Made by a program: the position numbers and the translations under genes | Shown here: positions 13,213-26,079 of the stretch, one piece after another | Layout of the letters: the number at the start of each line of letters is the position of its first letter | Position numbering within the stretch: the stretch's first letter is position 1 | NCBI RefSeq assembly: GCF_006345805.1 | Contig: NC_043013.1 | Coordinates: forward strand, 43,958,001 to 44,022,000 | Reading direction: 5' to 3' | DNA: 64,000 bases | Origin: Octopus sinensis | Taxonomy: Eukaryota | The notes under the pieces: model-generated | Told to the model about the DNA's origin: nothing | What the model saw: the letters and a program-made list of their open reading frames with translations, nothing else | The model's database searches: none

Positions 13213-13445
13213 TATTTCTTTATTGCCCACAAGGGGCTAAACATAGAGGGGACAAACAAGGACAGACAAAGGGATTAAGTCAATTACATCAACCCCAGTG
13301 TGTAACTGGTACTTAATTTATCGACCCCGAAAGGATGAAAGACAAAATCGACCTTGGTGGAATTTGAACTCAGAACATAACAACAGACAAAATATTGCTA
13401 AGCATTTCGCCTGGTGTGCTAACGTTTCTGCCAGTTCGCCGCCTT
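13213..13445 (-). mobile_element. tRNA-derived SINE family C, nested in a family A remnant
   Basis: Reverse complement of AAGGCGGCGAGCTGGCAGAAACGTTAGC...GAGTTCAAATTCC; homologous to 58235-58468. Confidence 0.85.
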
Positions 13446-13580
13446 CAGTTTTTGTATAGTTTCTGTCAACGAAATTCATTCAGAAGGCATTGGTTGACCC
13501 CAAGAACTATAGTTGAAAGTGCTGCACAGTGGTACTGAATTGGAACCATATGGTGTGAAGTGAAATTCTTAACCATGCTA

Positions 13581-13788
13581 CAGTAATCCCTCACCATATC
13601 GCGGTTCACCTACCACGGTTTACTATTCAAGCTTACATCGATTCCTCCATAGTGTTGTTTTGCATTTACGATAAAATAAATATGTACAAATTATAAAAAT
13701 TATTAAAAAAATATGCAATAGTTTCTACTTCGCGGATTTTCACCTATTGCTGGGTTTTGGGAATGTAACACCCACAATAGTCAATGTA
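13581..13788 (+). mobile_element. Tc1/pogo (Tigger-like) MITE, decayed right end
   Basis: TA|CAGTAATCCCTCACCATATCGCGG left terminus typical of Tigger-type ends; right TIR degenerate. Confidence 0.55.
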
Positions 13789-13794
13789 TATATA

Positions 13795-14031
13795 TTGGGT
13801 TGGTGCATAATTATTGTGGCTTTTTTTCAACAAATTCTATTCAACAAAAACAATAACAATAGTTAACAACAACATCTTTAAATGACGGTATAACCGTCTG
13901 CCAAGCAAATGGGAGGCAGTGATTGAAGTAGATGGTGAATATGCTCCAGAATAATCATTTAAAGATGTTTTTGTTACATGTTTTTATTGAATAAAATTTG
14001 TTGAAAAAAGCCGCAATAATTATGCACCAAC

Positions 14032-14035
<4 letters not shown>
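13795..14035 (+). mobile_element. Mariner internal-deletion derivative (MADE-like)
   Basis: TA TSDs; ~32-bp TIR TTGGGTTGGTGCATAATTATTG(T/C)GGCTTTTTT resembling Hsmar1 TIR; retains transposase C-terminus NRLPSKWEAVIEVDGEYAPE*. Confidence 0.9.
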
Positions 14036-14073
<38 letters not shown>

Positions 14074-14628
14074 ATATATACACATACTCTCCATTAAATA
14101 AAACATTCTTCCTATAATGGTATGAAATAAACCAAAAAAAAAATCAGAATTCAAAAAAATTGTTCATAATCATAGATGCAGGTAAGTCTCTGTGATTGGA
14201 AAGTCTGTTTTGCAACCATGTGGCTCAAGATATGATTCAACTGCACGACAAATACCTTGTGAATGGAAGCTGATAAATAGAAACTATGCAGAAGTTTGCT
14301 ATTTATGTATGTATATGTATTAATGTGTGTTTGTGTATACTCAGGTCTAAAAACCAGTGTTTTTTGTTTTGTTATTGTCATTCATTTTCTGTAACTTCAC
14401 AAACGAGGATTGATAAAATAAATACCGAAGTGAATATAAGGACCAAATCAGTAAAAGAATAAAAGAAAATCACCAGTATTAGTTATTGATATAAATTTTT
14501 GTAGAATCAGTAGGGCGCAGACAATTTGTTTTGTGGTACTTAGTTACCGCTTTTTACAACCAAATCCTTCCTAGATTGACGTTTCCTTTAATCCTTGAGG
14601 ATGGAAATGCATGGGTACTGATAAAACC

Positions 14629-15768
14629 AGAGCTAATGAAGTTTAGCACCGTTCCTTGAAAAATGCATTTTTTAAAAAATAATTTTTTTGTATCCCTATG
14701 TTTTAGATGTCGGAGATTATAAATATGCAAGAAATGTTTGCAAAATTTTAAATTCAATAAGCATATAGACATATATATAAAGAGATAGATAGATATGTCT
14801 TCTTGGGGCTAAAAACAATAGTAAGAACAACAGTAACACCCTCTTGTATAGGACCACCACATTTAGTTGACAAATATATTTTATGAATAAACAGACAGGG
14901 ATAAATAGGGCAAGACTTCTGCCCATCCCCCTCAAAAACCACCCTTTAAAAAAATTTTTTTTTTTTTTTTCCAACACAAACCCCACTTTTCGGCTACAGG
15001 GAATAAGAATCTGCAAAAAAGTTGGCAAAAATCAACATTTCTAAATTACCAAAACCTTTTCCTTCATTTTTAACTTTCTCTACAATTTTTTTTTCAAAAT
15101 ATGCGGAAAATTACGGAGATTATGATTCTGAAAAAAAATTCTAAAACTCTTTGTAAAAGGGAGGGGGGAGGAGGAGATTTTCACAATACTGATTTTTGGT
15201 AATTTTTCCGGATCCTCCATATCTGAAAATGGGGATTTTTGGCAAAAAAAATTACAAAAATAAACAAATTTAGAAGAAAATGGGGGGAGGGATGGGTGGA
15301 AGTCTTTCCATAAATAGATCGACAAATAAATAAATGGATGAAAAAGTTCAAAATTTAAACTTGGGGGAGAGGGTGAAATTTGAGCTCCTTATTAAACTTC
15401 ATAACATTAATTATTAAACATTAATGTTTGTTTTTCAGAAAATGGTGTATATTTAATTTACATTAAAATATTATTTATGATTATTTAAGGCGAACACAAG
15501 TAAAACACAAATTCTTTTTGTTTTAATGTTTTTGTCTGTATTTAATTTCGATTTGCGTATGTTAGTAAATTTGCTACGATCTCTTTAAAGTAAACAAAAT
15601 CAAAAATTTTAATTGGGCGGGGAGTGGGGTGGTGTGAAAGAGGTAGTGGGGTGAAATAAAATGTTTTTTTGCATATTTGTAATCCCGACATCTAAAACAT
15701 AGGAATCCAAAAAAATTTGTTAAAAAAAATGCATTTTTCAAGGAAAGGTGCGAAACTGCACTAGCCCC
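14629..15768. mobile_element. 1.14-kb non-autonomous DNA transposon, ~110-bp imperfect TIRs, 9-bp TSD (Merlin- or MULE-like)
   Basis: Left AGAGCTAATGAAGTTTAGCACC.. vs right (reverse complement) GGGGCTAGTGCAGTTTCGCACC..; flanks GATAAAACC / CATAAAACC. Confidence 0.7.
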
Positions 15769-16341
15769 CATAAAACCAATATCATTTTATCAATAGTTAC
15801 CCAAATATCAAAATCTGAGACGTTTTACTTACGTCAGAAATCAATGTTATTTGTCAATTATCCTATGGGGTTAACTTTGCTTTTCATCACTCTAGTATTA
15901 ATTAAATAAGTACCAGTTAATCAAATTGACTATTCTCCACCCCTTCTTATGTCTGTCAATTAATTAATCAATTTTCTGCTATATTTAAATTGTTTGTTTT
16001 TTTTATATTAGTTAGTACACTATCAATTTAATTTTCTGTACTGGGGGCTACAGGTTTTATAGTACTTTTTTACTGTACGTACACCATCAAGAAAGTAATT
16101 TTATAGTAGCACTAATGTTGATGCCTGAGGAGAAAAGGGCAACAGAGCACCCTAAAAACCGCATGGAAAAGGACTATTGACTAGGAGACAGAAAGGGTGA
16201 AGCTGGAATTAAGTCAAAACAATGGCATTAGACAGAGCTGGTTAGAGAGATTATGTTGCAGGCTTATGTGGCACTGAGAGAACTAACTAACTAACATCAT
16301 AATTATAATTGACAGTTAATTGGATTGAATAGAAGATATGA

Positions 16342-16825
16342 ATATTATTTACATTCGATAGATATTTGTCCTCATCTTGTTTGTTGTTAACATGTTTCGG
16401 CTGACATACCCTCCAGCCTTCTTCGGGTGTCTTGGGGAAATTTCGAACCTGAGTTCTCATTCCTAAGGTATATCAGCCAAAAGGTTGTATTAACAACAAA
16501 CAAGATGAGGACAAATATCCATCGAATGTATATAATGTACATAATTCCTCATCTCTTAAATATAGAAAGGGCATATGGCGTAGTGGTTAAGAGTGCAAAC
16601 TACTAACCCCAAGATTCCGAGTTCGATTCCAAGCAGTGACCTGAATAATAATAACATTGAAAAATACCATTAGGAATGAGAACCCAGGTTCGAAATTTCC
16701 CCAAGACACCTGAAGAAGACTGGAGAGTATATCAGCTGAAACGTTGTGTTAACAACAAACAAGATGAGGACAAATATCCGTCGAATGTAAATAATGTACA
16801 TAATTCCTCACTCTTAAATATAGAA
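16342..16825 (+). mobile_element. tRNA-headed SINE family D with HHR motif: inverted fragment + tandem 3' fragment + full copy
   Basis: Inverted 16342-16471, direct 3' part 16467-16567, full copy 16569-16825 with A box TGGCGTAGTGG (16576) and B box GTTCGATTCC (16621). Confidence 0.85.
16705..16750 (+). ncRNA. Minimal type I hammerhead motif
   Basis: GACAC-CTGAAGA-A-GACTG-10nt-CAGCT-GAAA-C-GT-T-GTGTT; stem I GACAC/GTGTT, palindromic ACGT stem III, GUU triplet; inverted copy (16399-16418) shows perfect GGCTG/CAGCC stem II. Confidence 0.7.
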
Positions 16826-18543
16826 CAGAGGATATGAACGTCCTGAATGTTTTGATGTGAAGTATCTACAATTATGAAATATGAAACATGCACCCTTTGG
16901 TTCCTTCTAAATTCAACTTGCTGCAACCATGTACGTAAACATAATTTCTCACTTTGCCTCAAGACTTCTGAATTATAGGGCAGGGTTATTGATGATTGAA
17001 TTGACCGCACTTTGGTACCAATTGCTGGATTTGAAGTGAGTAAAGTTCGTAGAAGTCAGAAAATAAACATTGTAAAGAAGGTAGTCTCATATTGCTTTTA
17101 CCACTCTACCAATTCTATATATTTAAATATACTTGGGCTGAAGAGGATATCTCGATATAATCACTAAACCTGCTAAAAACAACTGCCAAATTTCCCTCAA
17201 ATCACACCCTACCATTTTATCCAAGGACTCATTGGAATATATAGTCTGGCCTGCACTGCACCTTGCGAGAAGATGAGAGGTTATGGCTGTAAAGCTTTTA
17301 ATCATAAGCCTACATGAGTTTGATCAGGGTTGACCTTGGGCTAAAAACAAACAAAATGAATATATTCAAGCTACTAGGAAGCCTCTGGATGGCTGCTTGT
17401 TCTTCTAACAATATCAACCAACTCTTCCTCATATTACACTACACATCTTAAAAGAACAACACATTTAACAGTGTAACTTTAAACTATTTTAAAGGACAAA
17501 TATATTATACAGTTAGTGAATACTAGTTGGTCTCTATAACTTGTGATTAATTAATTTTTATAATTACATTACGTTATGTTTATGTGACTGGCCAGACCAT
17601 TGGATGTTATACATTGCTGGTCACAATGCGCTTCGCATTGTTTTAGCTTTTGAATGATACCACCCTGCTAGCTATGCAGGCAGGTCAACATTCGTCCTGA
17701 TCAGAAGGTTAGTCCATTACAGGGTTACCCATTTGCAGCTGAGTGGGCTGGAGCAATGTAAAATGAAGGGTTTTGCTCAAGAACACAATGCACAACTTGG
17801 TCTGGAAATTGAACCCATGATCTTGCAAACATGAGTGCAACACCTAAACGACACTTCTCTCACCATCTTTTCTCTCTCTGTCTTTTCTCTCTCACTCTTC
17901 AACTTTCCCTTCAGCTATTCACATGAAAGTGTGTTACAGATGTGCTAAGTAACAGAGTGACAAGCAGAATTATTGTGGGATAGTCTGTGTGTGTTACACA
18001 GCAGTTTATTTCTCATTTGTGACAGGTTTATAAATATCAAGTGTACAAAGTAGGCCTATGGTTTGTCTTGATCTTTTCTGTTTTTTAAAAGCTGGATGTA
18101 GTGTGATATATCCAGAGCTCCTTTCATTATCTGCCACATATAACAACTAGTCTTTACATCTGTCAGCAAGTGTAGCTTGGCAAGGAAGTTTAAGACTTCT
18201 TTGTGGGCAGATAAGATTTGTTTTACACACTTTCAGATCTCAATGCTGCCATCAATCCTTATAATCACCAAACCCATCTTCCACCTGGCAAGCAATTAGA
18301 TGGATGGGTCTATAAAACAGTCTCCCATGGGATTGAATATCCTCTATTTAACCTTGCAAGTTATTAAACCATCTAAAACTAAGTATGTGTTAATTTATCT
18401 ATATAGACTGCATGTCTTGAGCAAAACACTTCATTTCACGTTGCTCCAGTCTACTCAGCTGGTAAAAATGAGTAACACTGCCATGGACTGGCGTCCCGTC
18501 CAGCTGAGGAACACATACGCCATTGAAAGGGTACGTTTATTGT

Positions 18544-18840
18544 GGAGGCACAATGGCCCAGTGGTTAGGGCAGCAGACTCACGGTTGGAGGATCACGGTT
18601 TCGGTTCCCAGACCGGGCTTTGTGTGTGTTTATTGAGCGAAAACACCTAAAGCTCCATGAGGCTCTGGCAGGAGGTGGTAGCGACCCCTGTTGTACTCTT
18701 TCGCCCCAACTTTCTTTCACTCCTTCTTCCTGTTTCTTGAGTAATGCTACGATGGACTGGCGTCCCGTCCAGCTGGGGGGAACACATCACAGAAACCAGG
18801 AAACCAGGCCCATGAGCCTGGATAGGCTTGAAAAATGCAA
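18544..18840 (+). mobile_element. SINE family B, preceded by a partial related SINE body (~18415-18535)
   Basis: GGAGGCACAATGGCCCAGTGGTTAGGGCAG...GGTTTCGGTTCCC head; homologous to 3803-4100. Confidence 0.88.
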
Positions 18841-19381
18841 AAAGAAAAAAAATATAGACTGTGTGAATCTTATTTTCATTTACACAGACCTGTTATCATC
18901 ATCAGCAGCAACATTTTACCACATGTTTTTAATGCTTTCATTCTACTAAACTGCATGGATTACGTACCCCAACCTTTGTTGTCATCTCTCCTGTGATTCT
19001 CAGTTTCTTGAGACACGACTATAATAAACACAAAACCCATTATCACTAATTACGTCAGTGTTTAAATCTGTTATATTTTGTCTGGGACAAGTTCCACAGA
19101 ATCGCTTTGAGGAGATAGTAGCTAAACTAAATTTAACCGCTTTACTGAAGTACTCTGCCTATGTATTTCAATTAATTTTGAAAATAAACAAGAATTTCCA
19201 TGGTTTTAGCAATATATATATATTTTTTAATTAATTGGTGTTTGGAACACAAATTATATTTATATACATGGTTGATGGATGATTTTTAATTAAATATGAA
19301 TTGGTGCAAGGTATTACTGTATGGTTGAGAAATTCACTTTGAAATCAAGTAGTTGAGGTTTCATTACCACTACATGAATAC

Positions 19382-19614
19382 TTATTTCTTTACTACTCAC
19401 AAGGGGTTAAACACAGAGGGGACATTCAAGGACAGACAAACAGATTAAGTCGATTATATCAACCCCAGTGTGTAACTGGTACTTATTTCATTGACCCGAA
19501 AGGATGATAGGCAAAGTGGACCTCGGTGGAATTTGAACTCAGAACGTAGCGGCAAACGAAATACCACTAAGCATTTCGCCCGGCGTGCTAACGTTTCTGC
19601 CAGCTCGCCGCCTT
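19382..19614 (-). mobile_element. SINE family C
   Basis: Homologous to 13213-13445 and 58235-58468. Confidence 0.88.
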
Positions 19615-20966
19615 GAATACTGTTGCCTCATGTTTTCCACAATAGCCACAGATTGTCCATGCCTTGTAAGTAAAATTTAGTAGACAGTAACTGGAAGAGG
19701 AGTCTAGTTTGAAGCTGTTTCTGCGGCCAGATGCCCTTCTTTTTCCAACCCTCACCTGTTTCCTAGCAAGGTAATATTTTCTCATTGTTGAACATATTCT
19801 TGCAGAATGTTGGAAATAAATGATACTGCTTATACGACGACAACACCACTCAATTACAACTATCACACAAAGAGATGCAAGCACATTTCCCCTCCCCCAC
19901 ATGCATATGCTCATGCATATATATATGTACTACTATAGTATCAAACAGTGAGAATGGGTGCCCAACATCCTCATGGAAAAAGCATTCTTTAAGCTTTCTA
20001 TTAAAAAATACTGATAATCATCTCCATTTTGGACCCAAAATGGCAATGATTACCAGTATTTTTAAATGAACTGCTTGAAGAATTGCAGATATGCTTTCTA
20101 CATGAAACCATTGATAGCTTCGTTAGTCCACAAATAAAGTACGTTTGTATGTCAGGTTTCTTTCAGTTTCCACTTACAAAATCTGCTCACAGGGCTTTGG
20201 TCAGACGATGGCTATAATAGAAGACATGCAGTGGAACTGAACCAAGAACCATGTGGTTGGGAAGCAACCTTTGTACTACCCATCCTCACCTGCACTTATG
20301 TATCTGTATTCTGTTTCAATAAAGTCACCATCTGACCCTTGCAAGTATGGAAAAGTGGATGTAAAATGATAATGATGGAGTCTTTAAAATGAAAGGTTTC
20401 GTTTCATAGAATCACAACCAATCTTAGGTGGGCTGATACCAAAAGAGTTTAAAGAAAAAGATTGCATCCAGAGTAAGATTTATTAAAGAGGGAACGGTAA
20501 TAGGGACAGGAAAGAAATAGTGGTGAAACAACAAGAGATTTGATACTGAATACATTGAGCATAGTTTACATAAGAACTTAAGGGGAAAGCTTTTTTAAGT
20601 AAAATAAATTTTTTTGTATTATTTTTATCTTCCTCCAAATCTTTTTTAGACAGGGGCCATCTGGTAGCAACCTCTCATTGCAATTGTTATAGTGGGTGGA
20701 GCGGAAGTGTCATGATGACAGGCTGCTTAGTCGAGTATTTATGGCTACCAGCAAAACCTGGCTATCTGCTTACCATCAACTCTTGTAATATTGGAAATTG
20801 ATTAAAGAGCTTCTTTAATGAGATGATAGTTTGATGGACTTTGAGCTGCTTTCCTCTACTTTGAGCTGCTTTTCTTTACTCTGAGCAGTTTTTCCTTTCT
20901 CTGTATATATACATCATTGCCTGTGTAGCCATGTGATATAGGCAGTGTGGGATTAAGTCACTTTAA

Positions 20967-21188
20967 CCCTTTTGATACCAAACCGGCTGAGACCGCCTCT
21001 AGCTCTGTAGTATAAATGTCTTGTTTTCATATGTTCTGAATGAAAATCTTCCACCAAACCTTAGTCACAATTTATGTTCCTAACACTAGCTTAATGATTA
21101 CTAAGTATTTTTACTAGATTCTTTGTTATATTTAAAATTAATTGAAAGAAACACAAAACATCTCAAAATAAATACGGTAACGAAAGGG
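20967..21188 (+). mobile_element. piggyBac-like MITE P1
   Basis: TTAA|CCCTTT...AAAGGG|TTAA. Confidence 0.88.
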
Positions 21189-21553
21189 TTAAACTTGCTA
21201 AGTATAGAAGCAGATGTGTTACAGATTATCAGTTTTGAGGATCTCCTCAAAGAATTTGCAATTAAAAAAAGCAGAAAACTTTTCAAATATAAATAAAGTG
21301 GAAGCATACAAGAATGAATATTATTTTCCATCTTACTATTTGTTTTGTCTCAATTTGAAAAATAAATTATATATGGAGCCAGCAAAATCTTGTAAGTGCT
21401 TAGGACTTCTATGGGTCTCAATCCAGCCTTGGATACAGGTTACTTTTAAAAATTCAACTGAAGAAACCACAGCCATATCATGTTTGTCCACCATTTAATT
21501 ACCAGATGAAACAAATTTCTTATTGAAATACAAATGACGATATATTGCTTTAA

Positions 21554-21766
21554 CCCTTTTGTTACCAACCCGGCTGAAACTGGCCCTGGCTCTGAGTACA
21601 AATGTTTTGTTTTCATATGTTTTGAATTAAAATCTTCCAATAGTCACACTTTATGATCTTAACACCAGCTGAAAGATGACTAAGTTGTTTTACTAAATTG
21701 TTTGTTATATTTAAAGTAATTGAAAGAAACACAGAGCATCTCAAAATAAATACAGTAACGAAAGGG
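21554..21766 (+). mobile_element. piggyBac-like MITE P1
   Basis: TTAA|CCCTTT...AAAGGG|TTAA. Confidence 0.88.
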
Positions 21767-22821
21767 TTAAGGCCAAAATTCAGTTCCCTCTCACAAAGAA
21801 TAGGATTTTATTCCATATTGGTTTTATAGTATAATAGATACTATATATTTGTGTTACTTCTAAACATTTCTCTACTTGCCTCAGTCTACTTGGTATTAAT
21901 TAAAACAGATAGCAATTCTATTAAACACCTGAAAAGCTTCATCGTAGTCAAGATCAAAATATTTGTTGCTATTATATGAAATACTCAAATTTGCAGTTAC
22001 TTACGCTAGTACAGGGAAAAGTATGAAAAATGATAAACTATCTTAAATACTTAATACCTTAAATATGAGCTTAGTTTTGTATGAGAACAGGAAATAAGAA
22101 TGTCAAGTTTGTACATCTCTTGACGCCATTAGCCACATAAGTGAAGAGAAATTCCTTGAACTGGAAAATGAAATCAGATTGCAAACTAAGCTTACCAGAA
22201 GTTTATCTTTGTGAATATATTCCTCCCTCCCACCAAGCACATGGACTCTAAAAGGGGTCATGGGCATTGCCTTTCCTCTCATGTTAAGCTTTTAAAAAAT
22301 AGATGACAACTATATTTTGTCTGAATGGTTAAGATCACTTTATGAGGCCCCAGGTTTGATCCCCCATACAGCCCCTTCTCTCTCATAGTTCGAGGTCACT
22401 GTGTGAGTGTTGTGAGTGTCCCTAGATAGACAGGAACTGAAAGACTATCTTTAATTTGATAGCCCAACCGTGTCACAGTATATACAGCATCATATTTGAC
22501 TCTATCCAACTGTTAACTTAAATATACAAGTGCTTGTTCTCAGCCAATTGATCACTAATTTATTTAGGAAGCAATTTAATTGATCAAATGATTGGGGTAC
22601 GCAATGCCAAAAAGATTTGAGATCCATCATAGTTTTAGTCCAGTCATTTTAGGTTTTATAAGTAAAATGTTTCTATCTCAGGGCAGATCCTGCATTAAGT
22701 TTTCCTTAGTTCAGGAAGAAGGGAATACAATCTAGATTTTATATATTGCTACATGTAATAGAAGGGTATGGTTGTTTAGCCCTCTTACCAGCCCTCTTCA
22801 GATGGTAACCATCCTGTTTTA

Positions 22822-24066
22822 TCAGGTTGAGTGAAAAGTAAGCAACGTTTTGAACTATGAAGAATTTGTACTGGATTTTTGCAGAGTTTTGAATTTTTTA
22901 AAACATTTTTTTTTGCCGTTGCCAGATAGTACAGACATAGACTTGCCCAAATGCATCAATAAATTAACATTGATATTTTTTTCACCATTGTTACAATCAT
23001 CTGAAATGGAACTGTCAAAACGTGATATTTGAGCAATTTTGCTGTTCAACTTCAAAACGGGACGTAAAGCAACTAAAGCTACTTGCCATATCAATGAAAT
23101 GTTTGGCGAGGAAATAACCAGTGAGTGGTCAGCTCGAAAATGGTTTAAACAATTTCACAGTGGAAACCTGAGTCTTAAAGACTGTGAGCATAGTGGACAC
23201 TCATCTGTCATCGATGACAGTCAATTAAACACTGTCACTGAGAAAGATCCATGTAAAATCATTTGAGAACTGGCAAAAGAACTGCAAGTTCACCAGAAAA
23301 CTGCATGCAATCGGAATATCAAAAATCTTGACAAATAGGTACCACATGATTTTAATGAAAATCAGAAAATGCGCAGATATGAAATATGCTTGTCACTTCT
23401 TCATAACCAAACCAATCCATTTCTCAACCATGTTGTAACTTGCAATGAAAAGTGAATTCTGTACAATAATAAAAACTGCAGTGGTTGGACCAAAATGAAG
23501 AACCAAAACCCTTCCCTAAACCCGAGTTCTTCAAAAAGAAAGTTATGGGAACTGGTGGTGCACTGCTGGACTCATCCACTATAACTTCTTAAAACCTGGA
23601 AAAATCATTACTGCAGAAACATATTGCCATGAAATTGCCAAAATGAACAAAAAACTGCTACTCCTCCATCCCAGACTGGTCAACAGAAGATGGCTAATCA
23701 TTCTCCATGACAATACTCAACCACACGTTTCACTAATGATGTTGCAAAAGTTGAGAGAACTTGGCTATGAAGTTCTTTCCCACCCAGCTTAATCTCCAGA
23801 CCTTTCTCCTACAGACTACCTCTTTTTCAAGCACCTTGATGGTTTCCTGTGAGAGAAGGAATTCAACAATGAAACCGATGCTGAAAGTGCGTTCGAAGAG
23901 TTCATCAGCTCCAGAACTCCAGATTTTTATCATACCAGAATAAACTTGTAACTCATTGTGTTGATTGTAGTGGTACATACTTTGCAGAATAAAATTTCTG
24001 TGTTGTTGAAATATATTGTGATGAATTTCATGTTTCAAAATGTTTCTTACTTTTTACTCATCCTGA
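22822..24066 (+). mobile_element. Near full-length decayed mariner transposon (Hsmar1/cecropia-like TIRs)
   Basis: 30-bp imperfect TIRs TCAGGTTGAGTGAAAAGTAAGCAACGTTTT at 22822-22851 and inverted at 24037-24066; TA at both flanks. Confidence 0.92.
23006..23992 (+). pseudogene. Mariner transposase pseudogene
   Basis: MELSKRDI*AILLFNFKTG..WFKQFHSG; VPHDF; TCNEK (D->N); LHDN (D at 23709); SPDLSPTDY (D at 23814) = 34-aa spacing; multiple stops and frameshifts. Confidence 0.93.
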
Positions 24067-24487
24067 TATTTTCAGACATATTGTATCTTCAGAAACTTAT
24101 CCATTGTGCTGTTCCTATTTTAAGATAGTAGGCTATCACTTGAGAAAAATTTGGCTGCTATTTCTAGCAGATCTAGTGACAGTGTAATGGTTCTCTAGTT
24201 GACAGGTAAAATCTTCCCTCTCTCCAGGAAAAAAACACGGTAGAGTGTTTTATATATAAAAGAGAAATTTTTCACCTTTGTCTTATCTTGTTAAGGCTTG
24301 TGAGAATGGATTTATGAGTTCGCATAACGTTGATTTGTTGATGGTTAAAAGTTAAAGATTCATCTGAACTTTAATGAACAGCTTGTAAATTCCTCTTCTG
24401 ATGAATTAACACGTTAACTGCCACATGTATCGCCGGTGGTTCATTACTTAACTCACACAATAACCAGTAATGGGCAATAGCAGTAAA

Positions 24488-24807
24488 TCTATTATATAAA
24501 ATCCATTCTGTCTGTGTGTGTGTGTGTCTTCTAGGATCTCGGGCATCCTCCATCCGATTGCACTCAAATTTGATATGTAGATACTGACAGTATCAGGGTG
24601 TGTATAAGTCTTGAAAAAATTACAAAAGTCGATTCCAGGTGAGAATGCTATCGATAAACTCTTCGGTTGCATATTTGTGTGAATAAAATCGGTTTTTTTT
24701 TTGGAATAGAAAAAAAAGTCTATCTTTATTTCTTCTTTTGCTGGTGTCTCAAATTTAAGTTAAATCAGTGTTTCTCAAAGGGGAGGCCTATGGGACGGTC
24801 GGACTAG
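24488..24807 (+). mobile_element. Probable non-autonomous Helitron
   Basis: A|TCTATTATATAAAA..(TG)n 5' end like the other two Helitrons; CTAG|T at 24804-24808; subterminal hairpin not clearly preserved. Confidence 0.5.
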
Positions 24808-25536
24808 TTATTTTGAGAAAATTTAGTTTAAATGTTTGACAAATAGGCACCGTCCATTGGATGGGTGGGGGGCCGTTTTGCTTGTGTCTTAATAAAGAGG
24901 CTTCTGAAATTAATACAAAATGTCAATCCCATGATCTGCTAATGCAGCAGTCACATGTGTCTTCAAAACACATCTTTTATGATCTTCAACAATCGAGACT
25001 AAGTCTCTGGCCTTAAGAAATAATGGTTTATGAGGAACTCACTTTTTTTTTTTTTTGATGTAGCAATTAAGTTTCTGCCGTTTTGTTTCACCTTGTGTCA
25101 GTTGCAGTTAAGCAGACCTTATAATCAAAAGCAATCCAATCATGACCACTTGGTCTATTTTTTTTCTTCCATGTCAGTGTGTTTAAAACTACATTATTTA
25201 ATGTAACCTCACTTATTTACTCTGTAAAGTGTAATTCAAGGGAGACTTGGCTGCTATTTCTACAGAGCTGTGAAGATGTAGTCCATGTCAGAGCAAATTA
25301 TTGGACTATTGGAAATGGAGTTGGTAAAAATGTACTGACTTTGACTAAATATATTTGTAATATAATGCTCTATTCCATAGATACAATGTTTAATAAATTT
25401 TGTGTTGGGATGATAAACTTTTCAAATCTTTGCAAAGTAGTTTTTATTTAATTTAATCTAATCTTTCGTTATGTTAATGTAAACTTTATACCCATACAAT
25501 GCTTTGATCTCAGATAGTAAAAGTTATGTATCTCAG

Positions 25537-25845
25537 GTATAGCTGTGTGGTAAGAAATTTGCTTCCCAACCACATGGTTCCAGGTTCAGTCTTACTGTAT
25601 GGCATATTGGGCAAGTGTCTTAAACTGTAACCTCAAGCCAATGAAAGCCTGTTGTGTGTGAATGTGAACCCACCACTGCTTAACAACTAGTCTAGGTATG
25701 TTTATGTTCCTGCAACTTAGCGGTTCAGCAAAAGAAACTAATAGAACAAGTACCAGGCTTGAAAAAAAAGTTAAGAACTGGAGTCAGTTCATTTAACTAA
25801 AATACTCTTCAAGGCAGTGCCCCAGCATGGCCACAGTCTGAAATA
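25537..25845 (+). mobile_element. SINE family A, diverged with internal deletion
   Basis: Head and 3' body homologous to 52120-52512. Confidence 0.8.
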
Positions 25846-25866
25846 AATTGAATCTATTTCTTTTAA

Positions 25867-26079
25867 CCCTTTTGATACCAACCCGCTTAAAACTGCCCCT
25901 GCAAGGTTCCTATTTTAAAGTGGTCTAATTTAAAACCTCCTTTCAAAATTTTATGTTAATTTATGTTCCAAACCCCCAGCTTAATTATGACAGAGTTATT
26001 TTACTAAAATCATCATAAATTTCATAATTAATTGAAACAAAAGGCAGTGTATTTCAGCAGAAATACTCTAACAAAATAG
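25867..26079 (+). mobile_element. piggyBac-like MITE, P1 variant
   Basis: TTAA|CCCTTTTGATACC; right end decayed, flanked by TTAA. Confidence 0.75.

Noticed and set aside
2290-15330. A single ~13-kb giant transposon bounded by inverted homologies at 2.3 kb and 15.2 kb
   Set aside because: Homology is diverged, and the right segment lies inside a separate TIR/TSD-bounded 1.14-kb element
16569-16642. tRNA-Ser-like gene
   Set aside because: SINE head: poor acceptor stem, no long variable arm, fused to a repeat body, second copy at 30116
7968-17041. Strong plus-strand donors (AG|GTAAGT at 8063; AA|GTGAGT at 17036) with short open frames
   Set aside because: Isolated splice-like motifs are expected by chance in 64 kb, and the peptides are unrecognisable
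24410-24445. CTGATGA followed by a TTAAC/GTTAA stem
   Set aside because: No GAAA after the stem and no stem I partner; not an HHR
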